Virus record (IMG/VR): IMGVR_UViG_3300017991_000099
Reading direction: 5' to 3' (one strand)
Source of the DNA: an uncultured virus (IMG/VR IMGVR_UViG_3300017991_000099)
Taxonomy: Duplodnaviria; Heunggongvirae; Uroviricota; Caudoviricetes
Length of the DNA: 64,000 bases
The translations under genes were made by a program, and so were the position numbers. Below the pieces are notes generated by a model. It worked only from the letters and a program-made list of their open reading frames with translations. It did no database searches and had not been told where the DNA came from. Positions 45,011-58,293 of the stretch are shown here, in pieces (position 1 is the stretch's first letter; the number at the start of each line of letters is the position of its first letter).

Positions 45011-48000
45011 TTAAATTCTTTCTGTTTTAGCTAGAGCATTAATTGCAGCTTCAGGACAAATGGGACAAGAATTTTTACCGTTAATAGAATCGTAAGCCTT
45101 AATCTGTTCAACAACATCTTTCAATGCTGCAACAAGATCAGGAATTGCTGCAATACTATCAAGACTAACATTGCTTACTTCTGTACCATCCTGAAAGAAA
45201 GCAACACCTTTTTCAATAGTCACAATTTGATTAGACATTATTAATCCTTCAAGCGATAAGAGAAAACTTCATCTTCATCCAGCCCACAATGGTCAACAGC
45301 ATAATCTTGAATATCGTCAATCAGATTCAGAATGCCATTGATAGCATCACGTTCTTCATCCGTAGGTGGCCGTGGAGCATCCCTTAGCACAGCCAACAGT
45401 CCCTTCTGCTTCTTCAACAGTGGGAAATCAATCTCTTTAATGGGAATCTGAATGTTCATTGTTATTTCTCCCTTAGAACCAAGCTTCAAGTGCTTCTTCA
45501 GTAATAAAGTGCCAACCCTTCTTTTCCATATTCTGAATAACATCGCTCACATTCCACTCATCGGGATTTGCTTGTTTTGCTTCTTTTAGTGCAGCGTCCC
45601 AATCAGTGTGAAAGCGGTCAGAATCAAGCATATTAACATCAAGGTTTTCAACAGTCCAAGTGTCATATACTTTTTCATCTTCTATTGCTAGTGCGTTTAC
45701 AATAAAGCGAGCCATTTTATTTTCCTTTTTAGCAGGCAACATAATCCTTATTTTCTTCTGCTATCTTCTTGTTTTTATAGTAAGTTGGATAAATTTTGCC
45801 GTGTTCTTTTTTATAAACCACATACTTCAACCCATCAAAAGGCTTCTTAAGTTTATATACATGATAAAGTTTCATTGTCTTTCCCTTCTGCATATATATA
45901 CAATTTATTAGGCAGGAATTTCAGAGTTATTCTTAATTTCTTCCCAACCAAAAGAGGCACAAAGATGAATCGTATTCTTTTCAGGATCATCTTCATTAAA
46001 TTCTACAACAATATCACCAGTAGAAGTAGAGCGGCGAGCATCATGACTTGGAAGAACATTCTCGTTTTCCCGCCAATCGTGGTCAATGTGATTCGTCAAC
46101 TCAAAAACCTTATCAATATCTGGAGCAAGAACCACCGCAACTAGCTTATATTCACCAGGAAAAGAAGGTCCATCAGAATCACGACGAGAACCAGCATCAC
46201 GGTCAACTTCCATCCACTGACCAAAGCTGTAGAGATACTTTTCCATGTCATAGTGATAAACGATAAAAGTCTTCATTCTTGTTTCTCCCTTGTTTGTTAG
46301 AGACTCATTTCCCCAACAAATATATATACAATTCTCAACTCAATTTTTTCGGAGTTATTTTTCGATAATTTCAAGAGTTTCGTTTTTCTTCAACTCTTCC
46401 AAATGCTTTGAACAAACATGCCGACATACAACCCTGCCAAAATCATTCGTAAACTTGACCTTGTGTTCTGCTGCACTTATAAAACCACGACCAGCATTTA
46501 CACAAGCTTTACAAACTTCACCTTTAGGAAGTGCAACAGTATCCCATTTATAATCAGTATTATCGCCCATATGAGAACCGTCACCAGCACGTTCCCCATA
46601 AAACTGAACAGCACCTTGATTTACAAACTGGCTCCTGCCCCATTCCTCAGCTTCTTCCTTAGTTGCAAAACCCTTATGGGGCTGTCCTTTTACAGTCTTA
46701 ATACGGAAATTGCATCCACACCAATCAGAAACATGACCGTCAGCCTGTCCCCAAATGCAGACCTTCCAATTGCCAGACTTGAGTTGTTTAACACATAGAC
46801 CTGCACCAATCATTATTTTCTCCCTTCTGGCAATATATACAATTCTAAGATCAAAAATTTCAGTAAAAAACAAGGGCAGAGAGAAAATATAGACCCAATT
46901 CTATACTCTCTCTGCCCTGAAAATTAGTCAGTTTAACTTCAGTCCAGCAAATTACCAAACCACTCATCACATTCCCTAACCTGCTTGAGTGTGGCCTTGT
47001 CAGCAGCCTTGAGAACCTTTTTACAAGCAGTCGTCAGAGCGTTATGTGCTCTTTTCCAGCCAGACACACTAGAGTAAAGTTCCCACATGTTATGCTCGAT
47101 GGCAGGGAACACATCACCAACAGGCTTCTCAGTATGCGGAAGAAATGTAACTTCTTCTCCCCTCAGATGCTTACGAAGAATATTGTAGAACACACAACGC
47201 GGCTCAGTGTCAGATGCTCCCAGGTGACGATACTTGCTCTGCACCTTATGGAATTTCTCAATTGCACGGTACAGAGGATTTGTCTTTTCCAGGTATTCCT
47301 TCTTTGCTGCCAAGGCTCTTTTTCGTTCTTCCCAGCTAATTTCAGTTGTACTCATTCTTTATTCTCCCTTGTTCGTTTGTCAGAAGAACCAATTTCCTCC
47401 AACAAATATATATACAATTCTCAACTCAATTTTTTCGGATTTATTTTAATTTTCTTCCTTGTTCAACTGAGCCTTCTGAACGGGATAAACAACCATTCCA
47501 AGACCCATGCTATCCTGCTGCGTCGGAACACTAGTATAGAAGTCGCCAGCACCTTTCAAATTAACCGCTGGCCCCTCCCAATAAAAACGACCGTGATAGT
47601 GATAAGGCTCAAGACCACACTCTTCAGCATCACGGATAAACTGCTTGGCAATCTCACTGTCATAATCCTCTTCTTCAACTACTGTACGATATTCTCCCTC
47701 ATACATTTTTGTTTCTCCTTTGTTTAATGTGCCGGAGACTTATTTCCCCGGCACACATATATACAATTCCCAATATCATTATTTCGATATAAAATTAAAT
47801 TTATTCTCAACTTTTACCAATCTTCATAAACTTCTTCCATTTCCTCTTCTTCCATTTCCTCTTCTTCTATTGCTTCCTCTGCATCGCGACATGTCCTAGC
47901 ACTAGGTTCTTGAAGCCATTTCCAGACAGTAGACAGAGACACACTTTGACCATCAACTGAGACTTCCCAGTTATCGTTTGTCATCATAGGAAAATAACGG

Positions 48001-51000
48001 TGACACATATAATAGTCAGGATTATGTTTGTCTTCCAGTACTACCAAGACATGACCCATAGCAATGTTTTCTTTTGGGTACAACTGAACATTTTCGATGA
48101 CCGTCAAAACGTTACTTCCCTTTTCCCATTGTTCACGCTTTTCCTCAATATTCATTGTCTTTAACTCCTTTCTGCATATATATACAATTCCCAACTCAAT
48201 TATTTAGACAGAAACTTCCTTTTTCTCATGTTCTTTTTCATCTTTTTTAATTGTAACTTCTATGTTTTCTCCGTTTATCCCACATACTGTAACCTTTCCT
48301 TCTTTAAGAGAAATGTATATATATTCATTACATCCATACTTATCCCTCTTGTCACGCTGCAATTTTTTTGTTGTCTTAAAACAAGAGAGTTCAACTTCAT
48401 ATATAAATTCTTCAATGTTGGTATGTCGAATCCTTACATAATCTACAACATAAGATCTGATTTTACCCCTCAGAGTATAAGAGATAACATCGCCCTTTTT
48501 AGGAAGAAAAGGCTCTGCCATCATACGCATTTGACGTTTAAGATCATTTTCTGCTTTGTTTTTTTGATGTTGTTCTTCAGATTCCTTTATGCTTTTCTTA
48601 GATTCTTCTCGGGCATTAAAATAAGCACAGAGTTTTTCTTGTTCTAAAAGTTCTTCTTCAAGCTTTTCTTGGTACTCTTTTACTTTGCGCTGAATTTCTT
48701 CACAGGTTGTCTGATACTCCTTATTAAGTTCTGCTACTCGTTTTTCTTTGCAATCAGCTTCAATTTTTGCCTCCAGAGCTTCTACCGCAGAATCGTATTT
48801 GGCTTTGAGTTGATCAAGTATTTGCATTTCTTTTTTCCTTTCTGCATCTATATACAATTCCAAGACTAAAAAATTCGGTATAAAATTAATTAATCAGCAA
48901 AATAAGATTGAGACTCCCACCACTCTGTAACAGTATAAAAAGCACGAGCAGCATTTACCCACTCACCACTTATAGGCAAAGTAAATGCTTCAGATTTCAC
49001 TTCATCTTCTGTATATACAGCAGCAGAAGCAAGATCAACCCAGCCTTGATCGTTACTCCAAAACAAAGGTTCATCATTTGTAGTATCTTTTTCACCAGCA
49101 ATTACCATCAAATTCTCAAATCGCATTTTATTTTCCTTGTTCAGAATAAATATCTTAAATAATTCCCGCCAACACCAAACAAGACATGACAGATTGCTTG
49201 CCACAAACTTCACAATAACCCTTACGACAATCCGGCTCTACTTCGGTTGTATAATCACAGTCCTCAGAAGAACAAATACCCTTGGCAATACTATCAAAAG
49301 TGCCTTGCTCAAGCATTTCATCTTCAGACATACCCTCAATTTCCGCAAGATCTTCAAGTTTTTGCATCTTCCAGTTCTTACCCATTTTTATGTTCTCCCT
49401 TCTTCATATATATACAATTCTCAAACTTTAAAATTCAGGAAAATAAATGTTTATTTTTTGCCCGATAATAAACCTTGGCCAAACTAGGAATCATCAACAG
49501 AGCATCTTTATAATACATTCCTTGCTCGATAGTCCCATCAAAAATTGAAGCTTTGACAGACTTGCATCGCTGACATTCTTCAATCCTGGCAATACCCGAA
49601 ATGTCTCTCTGAGTATTGCCAAAAAAGTCGCTACTATACAACTTGCAATGAGTCTTGGCAATTGTCTTATTTTTATGAAACCCCAACCAACATAGAATCT
49701 TTCCAAACATATCCCTGTTCTCCCTTCTCCCTTTATAGACAAAAGTGGGGTAGAAAAATTCAAATAATAATTCCTAAAACTAATAGACTTTTTATTCCCA
49801 ACTCAACTCGGCATCATACTCTGGCGGATCAAGACGAGTACCCATCCAGTACGATTCAGTAAATACACAAGCCCTCTCACTTCCATCCTTGCACTTGACC
49901 TTGCTGCGAATGAGAGTAGTGCTTCCGGAAAAGTTGCTATTCAACTTAACATCAACAACTTCAAGAATCTCAACAGGATACTCGGCATCTGTATATTCGT
50001 CCTCAGATACCCATTCCTGCATTTGCTTAAGAATAGTAGCAGTATCCTCAGCAATATGCTTTTCATTCTCACGGTCATTCTCACCCATTTCCTCAATCAC
50101 ATCACCAAGAATATCACCACCAGTACGTCCTTCACCTTCCTTCTCAGCCATGTCATTAAGAAACTCAGGCATCGTCATAACCGTGCAACCAGTAACAGGA
50201 TCAATCTTAGGCATATTAACTCTCCTTTTCTAAGTGTATATACAATCACAACACCTAGAATTTCAGACCTTTATCAGATTTCTTTTCACAAGATCAGCGG
50301 CAAACTTGAACGACCTACCATCACTTCTCTCAGCCAACACAGGATACTTATAACTGCGGGGCTTTAGACCTACAATCTTATACATTTCACCCCTAAAGAG
50401 AAAGGAAGAACCAAGATCGTCAGGCTCCAAACCAAACCGATAACACTCACGCTTGAAATTCTCAGACTTGGTATCCCTTACTTCTCCGTCCTCAGTCACA
50501 TCCGCAAACTCGATCTTAAAAGTAACATTGGCATCATCAAATCGAGCAGCACCAACCGTCACCCTTACATTAAACTTTTCCTCAAGAGCCTCAAAAACAT
50601 TTGCCTCAAGAATCTCACGAATTTCCTTGCACTTTTTCCTATCCATTGTTCTTCTCCTTTTCTGATTGAATCGCACACTTACAAATAACAGCGACATACT
50701 TAGCAATTGTCTTTGCCCAATACTTCTGAGCCTCTGACATTGTAAGAGTTCCAGAATTGTCGTCGCCTCTTTTTTCGAGAATCTCTTTTGGTTTTCCTAA
50801 TTACAGTAGGACAATCAGCAAGCCAAAATTCCCCATGAGCAGCTTTAACTGCCTGTTCAAAAATAGCCTCATTTATCATCCTTCTTTCTTCCTTCTAGAC
50901 ATATATACAATTCCTAGAGCAATTATTTAGACAGAAACTTCCTTTTTCTCATGCTCCTGAATGTAAGCCTGGAGCCTCTTAGCAAAGGCAAAGGCAGACT

Positions 51001-52462
51001 TCTCACTTGTGAACCGAATCACAAGAGCACAAGACTCAGTATCGGTCTGGTTACGCTTGTGAATAACCCCAGCCTTACGCAACCTGTCCTCTACTTCATA
51101 GTTGCTGTCACAATCATCAAACACGCCAGGAAAGGTGCTAATCATGGCAGCCTCGAAGTGTCCTTCCTTACGGAGCTTTGTCTGCCTTCCCCAACGCCGA
51201 CTCCTGGCCTCATACTCCTGATACCACAGGCTAGGCGCACAACGACGATCTGTAATTTCGTACCAGGGGATATTGCGAGACTCATATGCCCTATCAAATG
51301 CCTCATGTGTAGTAGGTTCATTGTAATACATTCTTGTTCTCCCTTGTGTTGTGCCAGAAGAACCAACTTTCCTCTGACAAATATATATACAATTCCCAAC
51401 CCAAAAATTTCGTATAAAAGTTCCTAAAACTAATACAAAAATCAGGTAAGCAACATCACTTCCTTTGTTTGCGGTGGAAGAAGCCTAGCCACATTATGCA
51501 ACTTCTCCACAACTTCATCCTGGGTCAAATACCCCTCAACATCATGCTCAACAATGCCAGGAACCGATACAATTTCCCCGTCATAAATAATAGCCATTTC
51601 AAAAGGCATATTTTTAGTCCCATATGCCCCTTCACCAGCAATTATACTGACTTCATAGCCATTCTTGAACGTGACATACATCCTCGGACCCATATAATAA
51701 CGCTCTTGAATGTCGTACTTCTCAACAGCGTCTTTGATTTCGTACAGCATAATATCGTACATTAGGCAGCCCCCTTGTCCTTCTTCTTCTTGACTAGGAT
51801 CTGTACGTTTGTCCGTTCCAGTACCCATTCCTGCTGCTTCTGCTCATGTTCCTTGCGCTTCTTCTGTAAATCCGTCATTGTCTTTCTCCCTTGTTCCTTC
51901 GACACCTATATAGACAATTCAGAGACTTATTTTTTCGTACTAATCTTACAAATAAAAGAGGGGAGAACAGTCAGACACTCCTGGCCATTCCCCCCTCTGT
52001 ATGCGGTTCTTAGTTCTCGTCCTCCCCTGCCTCTTCGATCAGAGTAACATCGAGCTTGGCCGTGACCGTACCCTTACGGGGGATTTCAGTCTTAGCCAGA
52101 ATCTGCTCATGCCACTCCTTTGCCCCGGCCTTGATCTTCTTTTCCTGCTCCACAGCCGCTTCCTTTTCCTCGGCTGTCTCGTGCTGCTCCATCAACTCGG
52201 CATACTCACGCCCGACCTTGTTCCGGGTTGCCTCGTTGACGTTGCTTGCGAAGATCCCAGCAAGCAGATCCCACTTTGCACGGGGCCAAGAAAGCATTGT
52301 GCTATCCTTCCCCTTCTTGACAGCCCCGACAACTCGCACCAGCATGTCCACAGCCTCGGACGTTCCCTGCTGGAAATCCTCCTTGGCCTTGTCTGCGAGT
52401 GTCTTACTGACCGCCTTGTGCAATGCCAAAAGCTGTGCCAGACTCATTTTCTCCAGACTCAT
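45011..52462 (-). CDS. cassette array of hypothetical genes: 45011-45238, 45241-45459, 45473-45715, 45908-46276, 46355-46813, 46939-47355, 47446-47706, 47814-48155, 48204-48827, 48890-49126, 49155-49385, 49435-49710, 49792-50214, 50263-50646, 50927-51331, 51442-51762, 52010-52462
   Basis: most have their own promoter motif and an AAGGGAG/AGGAG RBS. Confidence 0.75.
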
Positions 52463-53010
52463 AATGTTTCTCCTAAAATACTTCCGTTCCCAAAATTGTT
52501 GGTTTGGGCCATTCCCTCGCCAACACTTACATAAACAAATCTCGATTCAAATTTTTCGTATCTTTTTCAATCTTTTTTGCAAGGTGATAAAAATAATTCT
52601 TTGGGGCGATTTGGATATTCTCCACATTCTCCCCGCGTGTGATTGTATAATGTATTTCCACTTGGATACTTTCGTTGTTGCGTTCGTTGTTGTTATTTGG
52701 TTCGGTGTATGTTGCAATCATTTTCGATCTCCTTGCACACATAAACAAATCTCGATTCAATTTTTTCGTACTTTTCTGAGATTTTTTTGCCTCTCCCTCG
52801 CGTGTATGTGTATGTAGATGTATACACAAACAAGGTATAAACAGACCTTGGCGTACCTCTGGACCAAGGACTAACCCTTCCCGCAAGCATATAGACAAAT
52901 CCAACAGCAAATAATTCGACACAAAATAAATAAACTTTGATACGAAAAAATTACTCTGACTTTTGTTTATATATTCAGCAGCAAAGAGGACAAAACAAAA
53001 GGGAGAAAAA

Positions 53011-54042
53011 ATGAGCATGACAAACATCAAAACCGTTTACTGTTGGGATGTAAAAGGACGGCATGATCCTTGTGGTTGTCGCCTGTGTAAGAAGATTCAA
53101 AATGTGGTTTACAAGCGTAGTATCAATAAGCGTATGCGTGATTATTATGTGCAGCAAGAGGATGGTTCTCAAGTGGCGATGGTTGAGATAAGTATTTCTG
53201 AAAAAGATACGAAAAATACTGCTTGAGAATTGTATATCCAAGTAGGCCAAGACAAGGGAGAAAACGAAATGAAAACGCTCGAATGTGAATGTGGTCGTAA
53301 GGTCAAGAACGTGGATGACAATGCCGTTGCTGTAATGTGTTATTTGTGCTTGAATGGAACGCAACCTATTGACCCTAACGCACCTATTCCCGAAGAAAAG
53401 CCCCAGGAACCCAAGCAAGAAAAGCCAAAGCCGGAACCTAAGAAAAGCATGGAAATCGTCGTGTTCAATAAGGACGATTCTACTGCTACAGGACAGGCTA
53501 ACGGTATCCAGTTCAAGGCTACACGCAAAATGGGTCTGGACAAGAAGTTGCATTGGATTCTGGAAGGTGATTGGAGTAGGGGACAACGTATCGCAATTTC
53601 TCGAAAAATCAACGCGAAAAGTTAGAAAAAATAGGCTCCAGATTTGTATATGTAATTAGAAGAAAGGAGAAAAATGAAAAAGCATACGTGAGCGCCCCAA
53701 CCTGCTTCTAAGGCGCTATGACATAAATGGGGGAAGCAGGGGCCAGGAGTTGATCGCCCTGGCCATGAGAAAATAAAAAGAAATTGATCAAAAATAATCA
53801 TCTTGAGAATTGTATATATAGGGAGAAGGGAGAAGAAAACAATGGCCACTATTCGTTGCTACAATATCAAATGGGACACAGACGGCGAAGAAATTGATTT
53901 GCCGGGTGAAGTGGTTATTGAAATTGAGGAAGAAGAGGGAATCGACCTTGAGACTCTGGTCAATGAACAAGGGGCAGATGTTCTTTCCGATGAATATGGC
54001 TGGTGTATTTTTGGATATAATTGGGAAGAAGTTACGAAATAA
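53011..54042 (+). CDS. hypothetical genes 53011-53226, 53269-53625, 53842-54042
   Basis: promoter and AAGGGAG RBS each. Confidence 0.75.
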
Positions 54043-54084
54043 TTGCTTTAGGATTTGTATATATAAATACAAGGGAGAAAGACA

Positions 54085-54480
54085 ATGAAAAAGGGTGTAT
54101 TGATCGACGCAGTAAACAAGACAGTGACAGACGTAGAAGTAGAGGATGGAATTGACGCTATCTATGAAAAGATCCAGGCAAACAATTTCGATGTTGTGGA
54201 TATTGCCGACAATGCTACTCTGTACGTCGATGGAGAAGCATTGTGCAAGCAAGCATACATTGACGAAGACGGTACAAAACACGGTCTACATGCGTTTTCT
54301 TTTGATGGTATTTCTCAAGTTATGATGGGTCATGGTCTTATTCTTGGTTTTGATGCTAAGACTGGTGAAAGTGTCGATTCTCCCTTCAATGCAGAAAATA
54401 TCGAAGGCTATATCACCTTTTGCGAGTATGACAGGCCAGAAGATCGACCGCAACCATTTATGCAGTTTTTCTCGTTTTAG
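54085..54480 (+). CDS. DUF3846-like protein
   Basis: VLIDAVNKTVTDVE...LYVDGEAL...GHGLILG. Confidence 0.55.
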   Translation: MKKGVLIDAVNKTVTDVEVEDGIDAIYEKIQANNFDVVDIADNATLYVDGEALCKQAYIDEDGTKHGLHAFSFDGISQVMMGHGLILGFDAKTGESVDSPFNAENIEGYITFCEYDRPEDRPQPFMQFFSF

Positions 54481-54561
54481 TTGCGAAAAAACAGGCTTTT
54501 GAATTGTATATACTGTTGTCGAGGGAATAAACCTAAGACAAAAACAACAAGGGAGGAAAGA

Positions 54562-55322
54562 ATGGACGCAATCCTGACAAAAGAAGAAGCAATAGACCGT
54601 ATCGAGAATGGCGAGTTTCAGTGTCATAATTGCGGGGAATGGCACCAGACCGATTTTGACAACTGGAATTACGACCATCAGGGCAACATGTATTGCAGCA
54701 AGTGTACGGATGCCTTGATCTGGCGGTTGAGAATTGTTGCATCAAATTACGAAACGCTCTAAAATAACTGCCTTGTCTTTTGTATATATAGGGCAGAAGG
54801 GAGAAAAAGATGCTGTACCTTGTCAAGTTTGGTTGCTTTCCAAGCGGTCCTAGAAGTTGCCTGATTTCTGCCGATTCCAAAGAAGAGGCAAAAGGGTATG
54901 TCTCTGAGTATTATAGTTACGGTGAAGATAAGTGGCAAGAGACAGACGAAGACCCGGTGTATGATTATAAAAATGAAATCTACACCTACACCATTGAACA
55001 GGTTGAATTGACAAACGGGATTCTTCATCGGTCATATAATTGTTGCTAAAAACAAGAAAAAGATACGAAAAAACAGGCTTTTGAATTGTATATACTGTTG
55101 TCGAGGGAATAAGCCCAAGACAAAACAACAAGGGAGAAAAGAACAATGCAAGATGTAATGACCGAAATCAACACCGACGTTATTGGAAAGTTCAAAATGT
55201 CCGAGTTCGTGGAGTATCTTGAGCTTGACGAAAAGCTGGCTCGTAAGTTCTGGAGAGCATTGCGGAGAAAAGAAGTTATCCAGAAGAAGAATAACCAGTT
55301 CTATGTTGACGGAAATCTCTAA
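54562..55322 (+). CDS. hypothetical genes 54562-54762, 54810-55049, 55146-55322
   Basis: promoter and RBS each. Confidence 0.7.
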
Positions 55323-55475
55323 ATAGATCCTTTCCTTCCATGTTCGTGTTTCAAATGCTCTTGGGGGTGGAGAAACCACATACTCTCCACCCCCTTCCCT
55401 CCCTAAAAAAATAAAAGTTTTACCCCGAAATAATTGCCCTGTGTTTTGTATATATAGGCACAAGGGAGAAAACAA

Positions 55476-55898
55476 ATGAATATCGTTTTCCTAGACATTG
55501 ACGGGGTACTAAACCAAAACGGAAGTATGGATTTCCCGCCTGCATTGGATACAGCAAAGGTGGGCAATCTGAATCTGATTCTTGAAAATACAAACGCCAA
55601 TATCGTAATTTCAAGCACTTGGCGTTTCATGTTCTCGCAAGAAGAAATCGAAAATGCTCTGACTACTGCTGGCTTCATGTTTCTTGACCGGATTATTGAT
55701 AAGACTCCGGTTCTAAATGAAGGAACAAGGGGAAGTGAAATCGCTATGTGGATGCAAGATAAGGACATACAGAGCTTTGCGATTCTTGACGATGACGATG
55801 ATTTCTTGCCAGATCAAATGCCTTTCCTGGTCAAGACAGACTTCGATACTGGTCTGACAAGAGAACATGTAGAAAAAGCAATCGAAATCTTGAGTTAG
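55476..55898 (+). CDS. HAD phosphatase (HAD_SAK_2, RNA-repair associated type)
   Basis: FLDIDGVLN, IVISSTWR, RGSEI..W, AILDDD, TGLT. Confidence 0.85.
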   Translation: MNIVFLDIDGVLNQNGSMDFPPALDTAKVGNLNLILENTNANIVISSTWRFMFSQEEIENALTTAGFMFLDRIIDKTPVLNEGTRGSEIAMWMQDKDIQSFAILDDDDDFLPDQMPFLVKTDFDTGLTREHVEKAIEILS

Positions 55899-55969
55899 AA
55901 AATAAGCATTTTACTCCGAAATAATACGCTTCAGAATTGTATATAGAAGTACAAGGGAGGAATAAGAAA

Positions 55970-56552
55970 ATGCCATATGTCACGAAAAAACACTTCACAG
56001 TTGACGGCAAAAGACCTACTACAGCAGATTGGAATGAGTTGTGCAAAGACGACAATTTCAATTCTGCTGTTTCTTTCTTTGAGGAAGCACAGTACAGTAA
56101 AAAACTTGCCAAACAATACGCAACAGAAGAGGGAGAAAATATTTCCTCTATCTGTGCCTTTATTGATAGGCTTGGTATAGGCACACACCAAGAAGAGGCA
56201 AAAAATTACTCCGGTTATTCTGGACCTATTTCATAAATAATCCAGAAATAATGACCTTGAGAATTGTATATATGTTCAGTAAAGGGGAGATAAGAGTATG
56301 CCGCCAAAACTGATTGCTGAAGGAGAAGAGAGTATGAACAATGTCGATCAACTCTGGAACAAGTATTGGTATGATCGCGGCTTCAAGGATGGATATGAGG
56401 CGTTTGGAACCGAAGCACATCCTCTCTTTGCTGACCATGCTGTTTATATGTGTGGTTGGGAAGATGGTCAAGAATATGGAGATGCAGTAGTAGAAGGTGA
56501 GGAACAGTGGTTTGTTGCAAAGGGTTATCGCTCTGCCCTTTCTGCTTCTTAG
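55970..56552 (+). CDS. hypothetical genes 55970-56236, 56298-56552
   Basis: promoter and RBS each. Confidence 0.7.
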
Positions 56553-56676
56553 ACGTTGTTCGTTCTCTGGGAGGGGAGTCTGGTCAACTCCCCTCCCTCC
56601 TCTAAAAATAAATAGTTTTACCCCGAAATAATTACTCTGCCTTTTGTATATATAAACACAAGGGAGGAATAAAAAA

Positions 56677-57000
56677 ATGCTTACCGTCGAATACTACTGG
56701 CATTGCGTATCTGCTGAAAAGGCTGTCTACAAGATCGAGGGCAGCAAAGATACATACACTGTTTCTTACGATCACAATTATATCAATACCAAGGGTCAGG
56801 GTTGGCATTGTCCTTGTCAGGGTTTCACTTTTCGTAAGACCTGCAAGCACGTAAAAGAAGCACAGGCAAAGCATTGTGGTTGGCTCCAGTTCGTTTCTGG
56901 TGGGGATGCTGTTGACGTTCCTGAGAATGACGAATATACTAACGGAAAAGCCTGCCCTGAGTGTGGCGGTCCAGTTGCTTCAAGAGGATGGGGAGTGTAA
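56677..57000 (+). CDS. SWIM zinc-finger protein
   Basis: WHCPCQGFTFRKTCKHV. Confidence 0.8.
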   Translation: MLTVEYYWHCVSAEKAVYKIEGSKDTYTVSYDHNYINTKGQGWHCPCQGFTFRKTCKHVKEAQAKHCGWLQFVSGGDAVDVPENDEYTNGKACPECGGPVASRGWGV

Positions 57001-57003
57001 TAA

Positions 57004-57612
57004 ATGCTCTTTGTTGGTGACGTACACGGTAAGTTTGACGCATTTGAGAGCCTACTATATAAACACCTGGATAATAAACCAGTCTTCCAATTAGGAGATA
57101 TGGGAATAGGCTTTACAAATTGGAATGATGGTCTATATTCCCGTATCGTCCCTAACCATAGATTCATAAGAGGCAACCACGACGACCCGGAAAAGTGTGA
57201 AAAAGAATACAATTATTTAGGTGACTTTGGTTTCCTGAAAGAACATAATCTCTTTTATATAAGTGGGGCGCATTCAATAGATAAACATTTGAGAACAGAA
57301 GGTAGGGATTGGTGGCCTGGAGAAGTATTCAATTATACACAACAAGAGGAATGTGTAAAATTATATACAGAAGCAAAACCTAAAATTGTAATGTCGCATG
57401 AATGTCCTAACGATTGTGTTCAATATGTTGCAAAATACGGTTCGAGTAAAAATAATAACGATAGCATGAAAATGATGTTGAATCATATGCTTTCGATACA
57501 TGAACCAGAACATTGGATATTTGGGCATTATCATATTACATTGCATTTTGAATTGCCGGATTGCTCAACAAACTTTCATGCTGTAGACGAATTAGATACT
57601 TTTTCTCTCTAA
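57004..57612 (+). CDS. calcineurin-like metallophosphoesterase
   Basis: GDVHG, LGDMG, RGNHD, SHECP, FGHYH. Confidence 0.9.
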   Translation: MLFVGDVHGKFDAFESLLYKHLDNKPVFQLGDMGIGFTNWNDGLYSRIVPNHRFIRGNHDDPEKCEKEYNYLGDFGFLKEHNLFYISGAHSIDKHLRTEGRDWWPGEVFNYTQQEECVKLYTEAKPKIVMSHECPNDCVQYVAKYGSSKNNNDSMKMMLNHMLSIHEPEHWIFGHYHITLHFELPDCSTNFHAVDELDTFSL

Positions 57613-57675
57613 ATAATTGCCTTGTGTTTTGTATATATGTTTGTTGGAGAAAGACACTCAAACAAGGGAGAAAAA

Positions 57676-58241
57676 ATGCTCAATTCGCTTCTGACCGGCA
57701 ATGCACCTATCGAGACTAACGAGATTCACGCAGCAGTAACAGAGCGATTCAATGCTATTCGTCATACCCTCAATGAAAAGGAAGGCGATTATATTTATTT
57801 GGGCAATCGCTGTAATCCTGTCAATTTGGGTTGGCGTTTTTGTCAGAATGTTGGTGGCTACTTGGGTTGTGAAGATTTTGACCCGGCAGATATTCTCGCT
57901 GGCAAGTATGACGAAGGAATTGAAGCTACTTGGCATGACGCAGCTTCCGCACAACATTGGTATACTTACGAAAAAGAATGGGAATAAAAAACAAAACCCC
58001 TAAATAATTGCCTTGTGTTTTGTATATATAAGCACAAGGGAGAAATAAGAAAATGAATATGCTCGAAAAAATGGCAGAAAGAATCGTGCAAGAAGGTGAT
58101 TATCAAAAACTTATCAACGCTCTGATGAAGGCTGCCAAGGAATGCAATAAGGATTACGAAGCACAAATTGAATTGATCAGAACACTTGAAGAACACAAAG
58201 AAGGAAATGAAAATCTTGCTTTTCTAAGTAGTTTTTCCTAA
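57676..58241 (+). CDS. hypothetical genes 57676-57987, 58053-58241
   Basis: promoter and RBS each. Confidence 0.7.
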
Positions 58242-58293
58242 AATAATTGACCTGGAAATTGTATATATAAAAAGACATAAAGGAGAAAATAAA

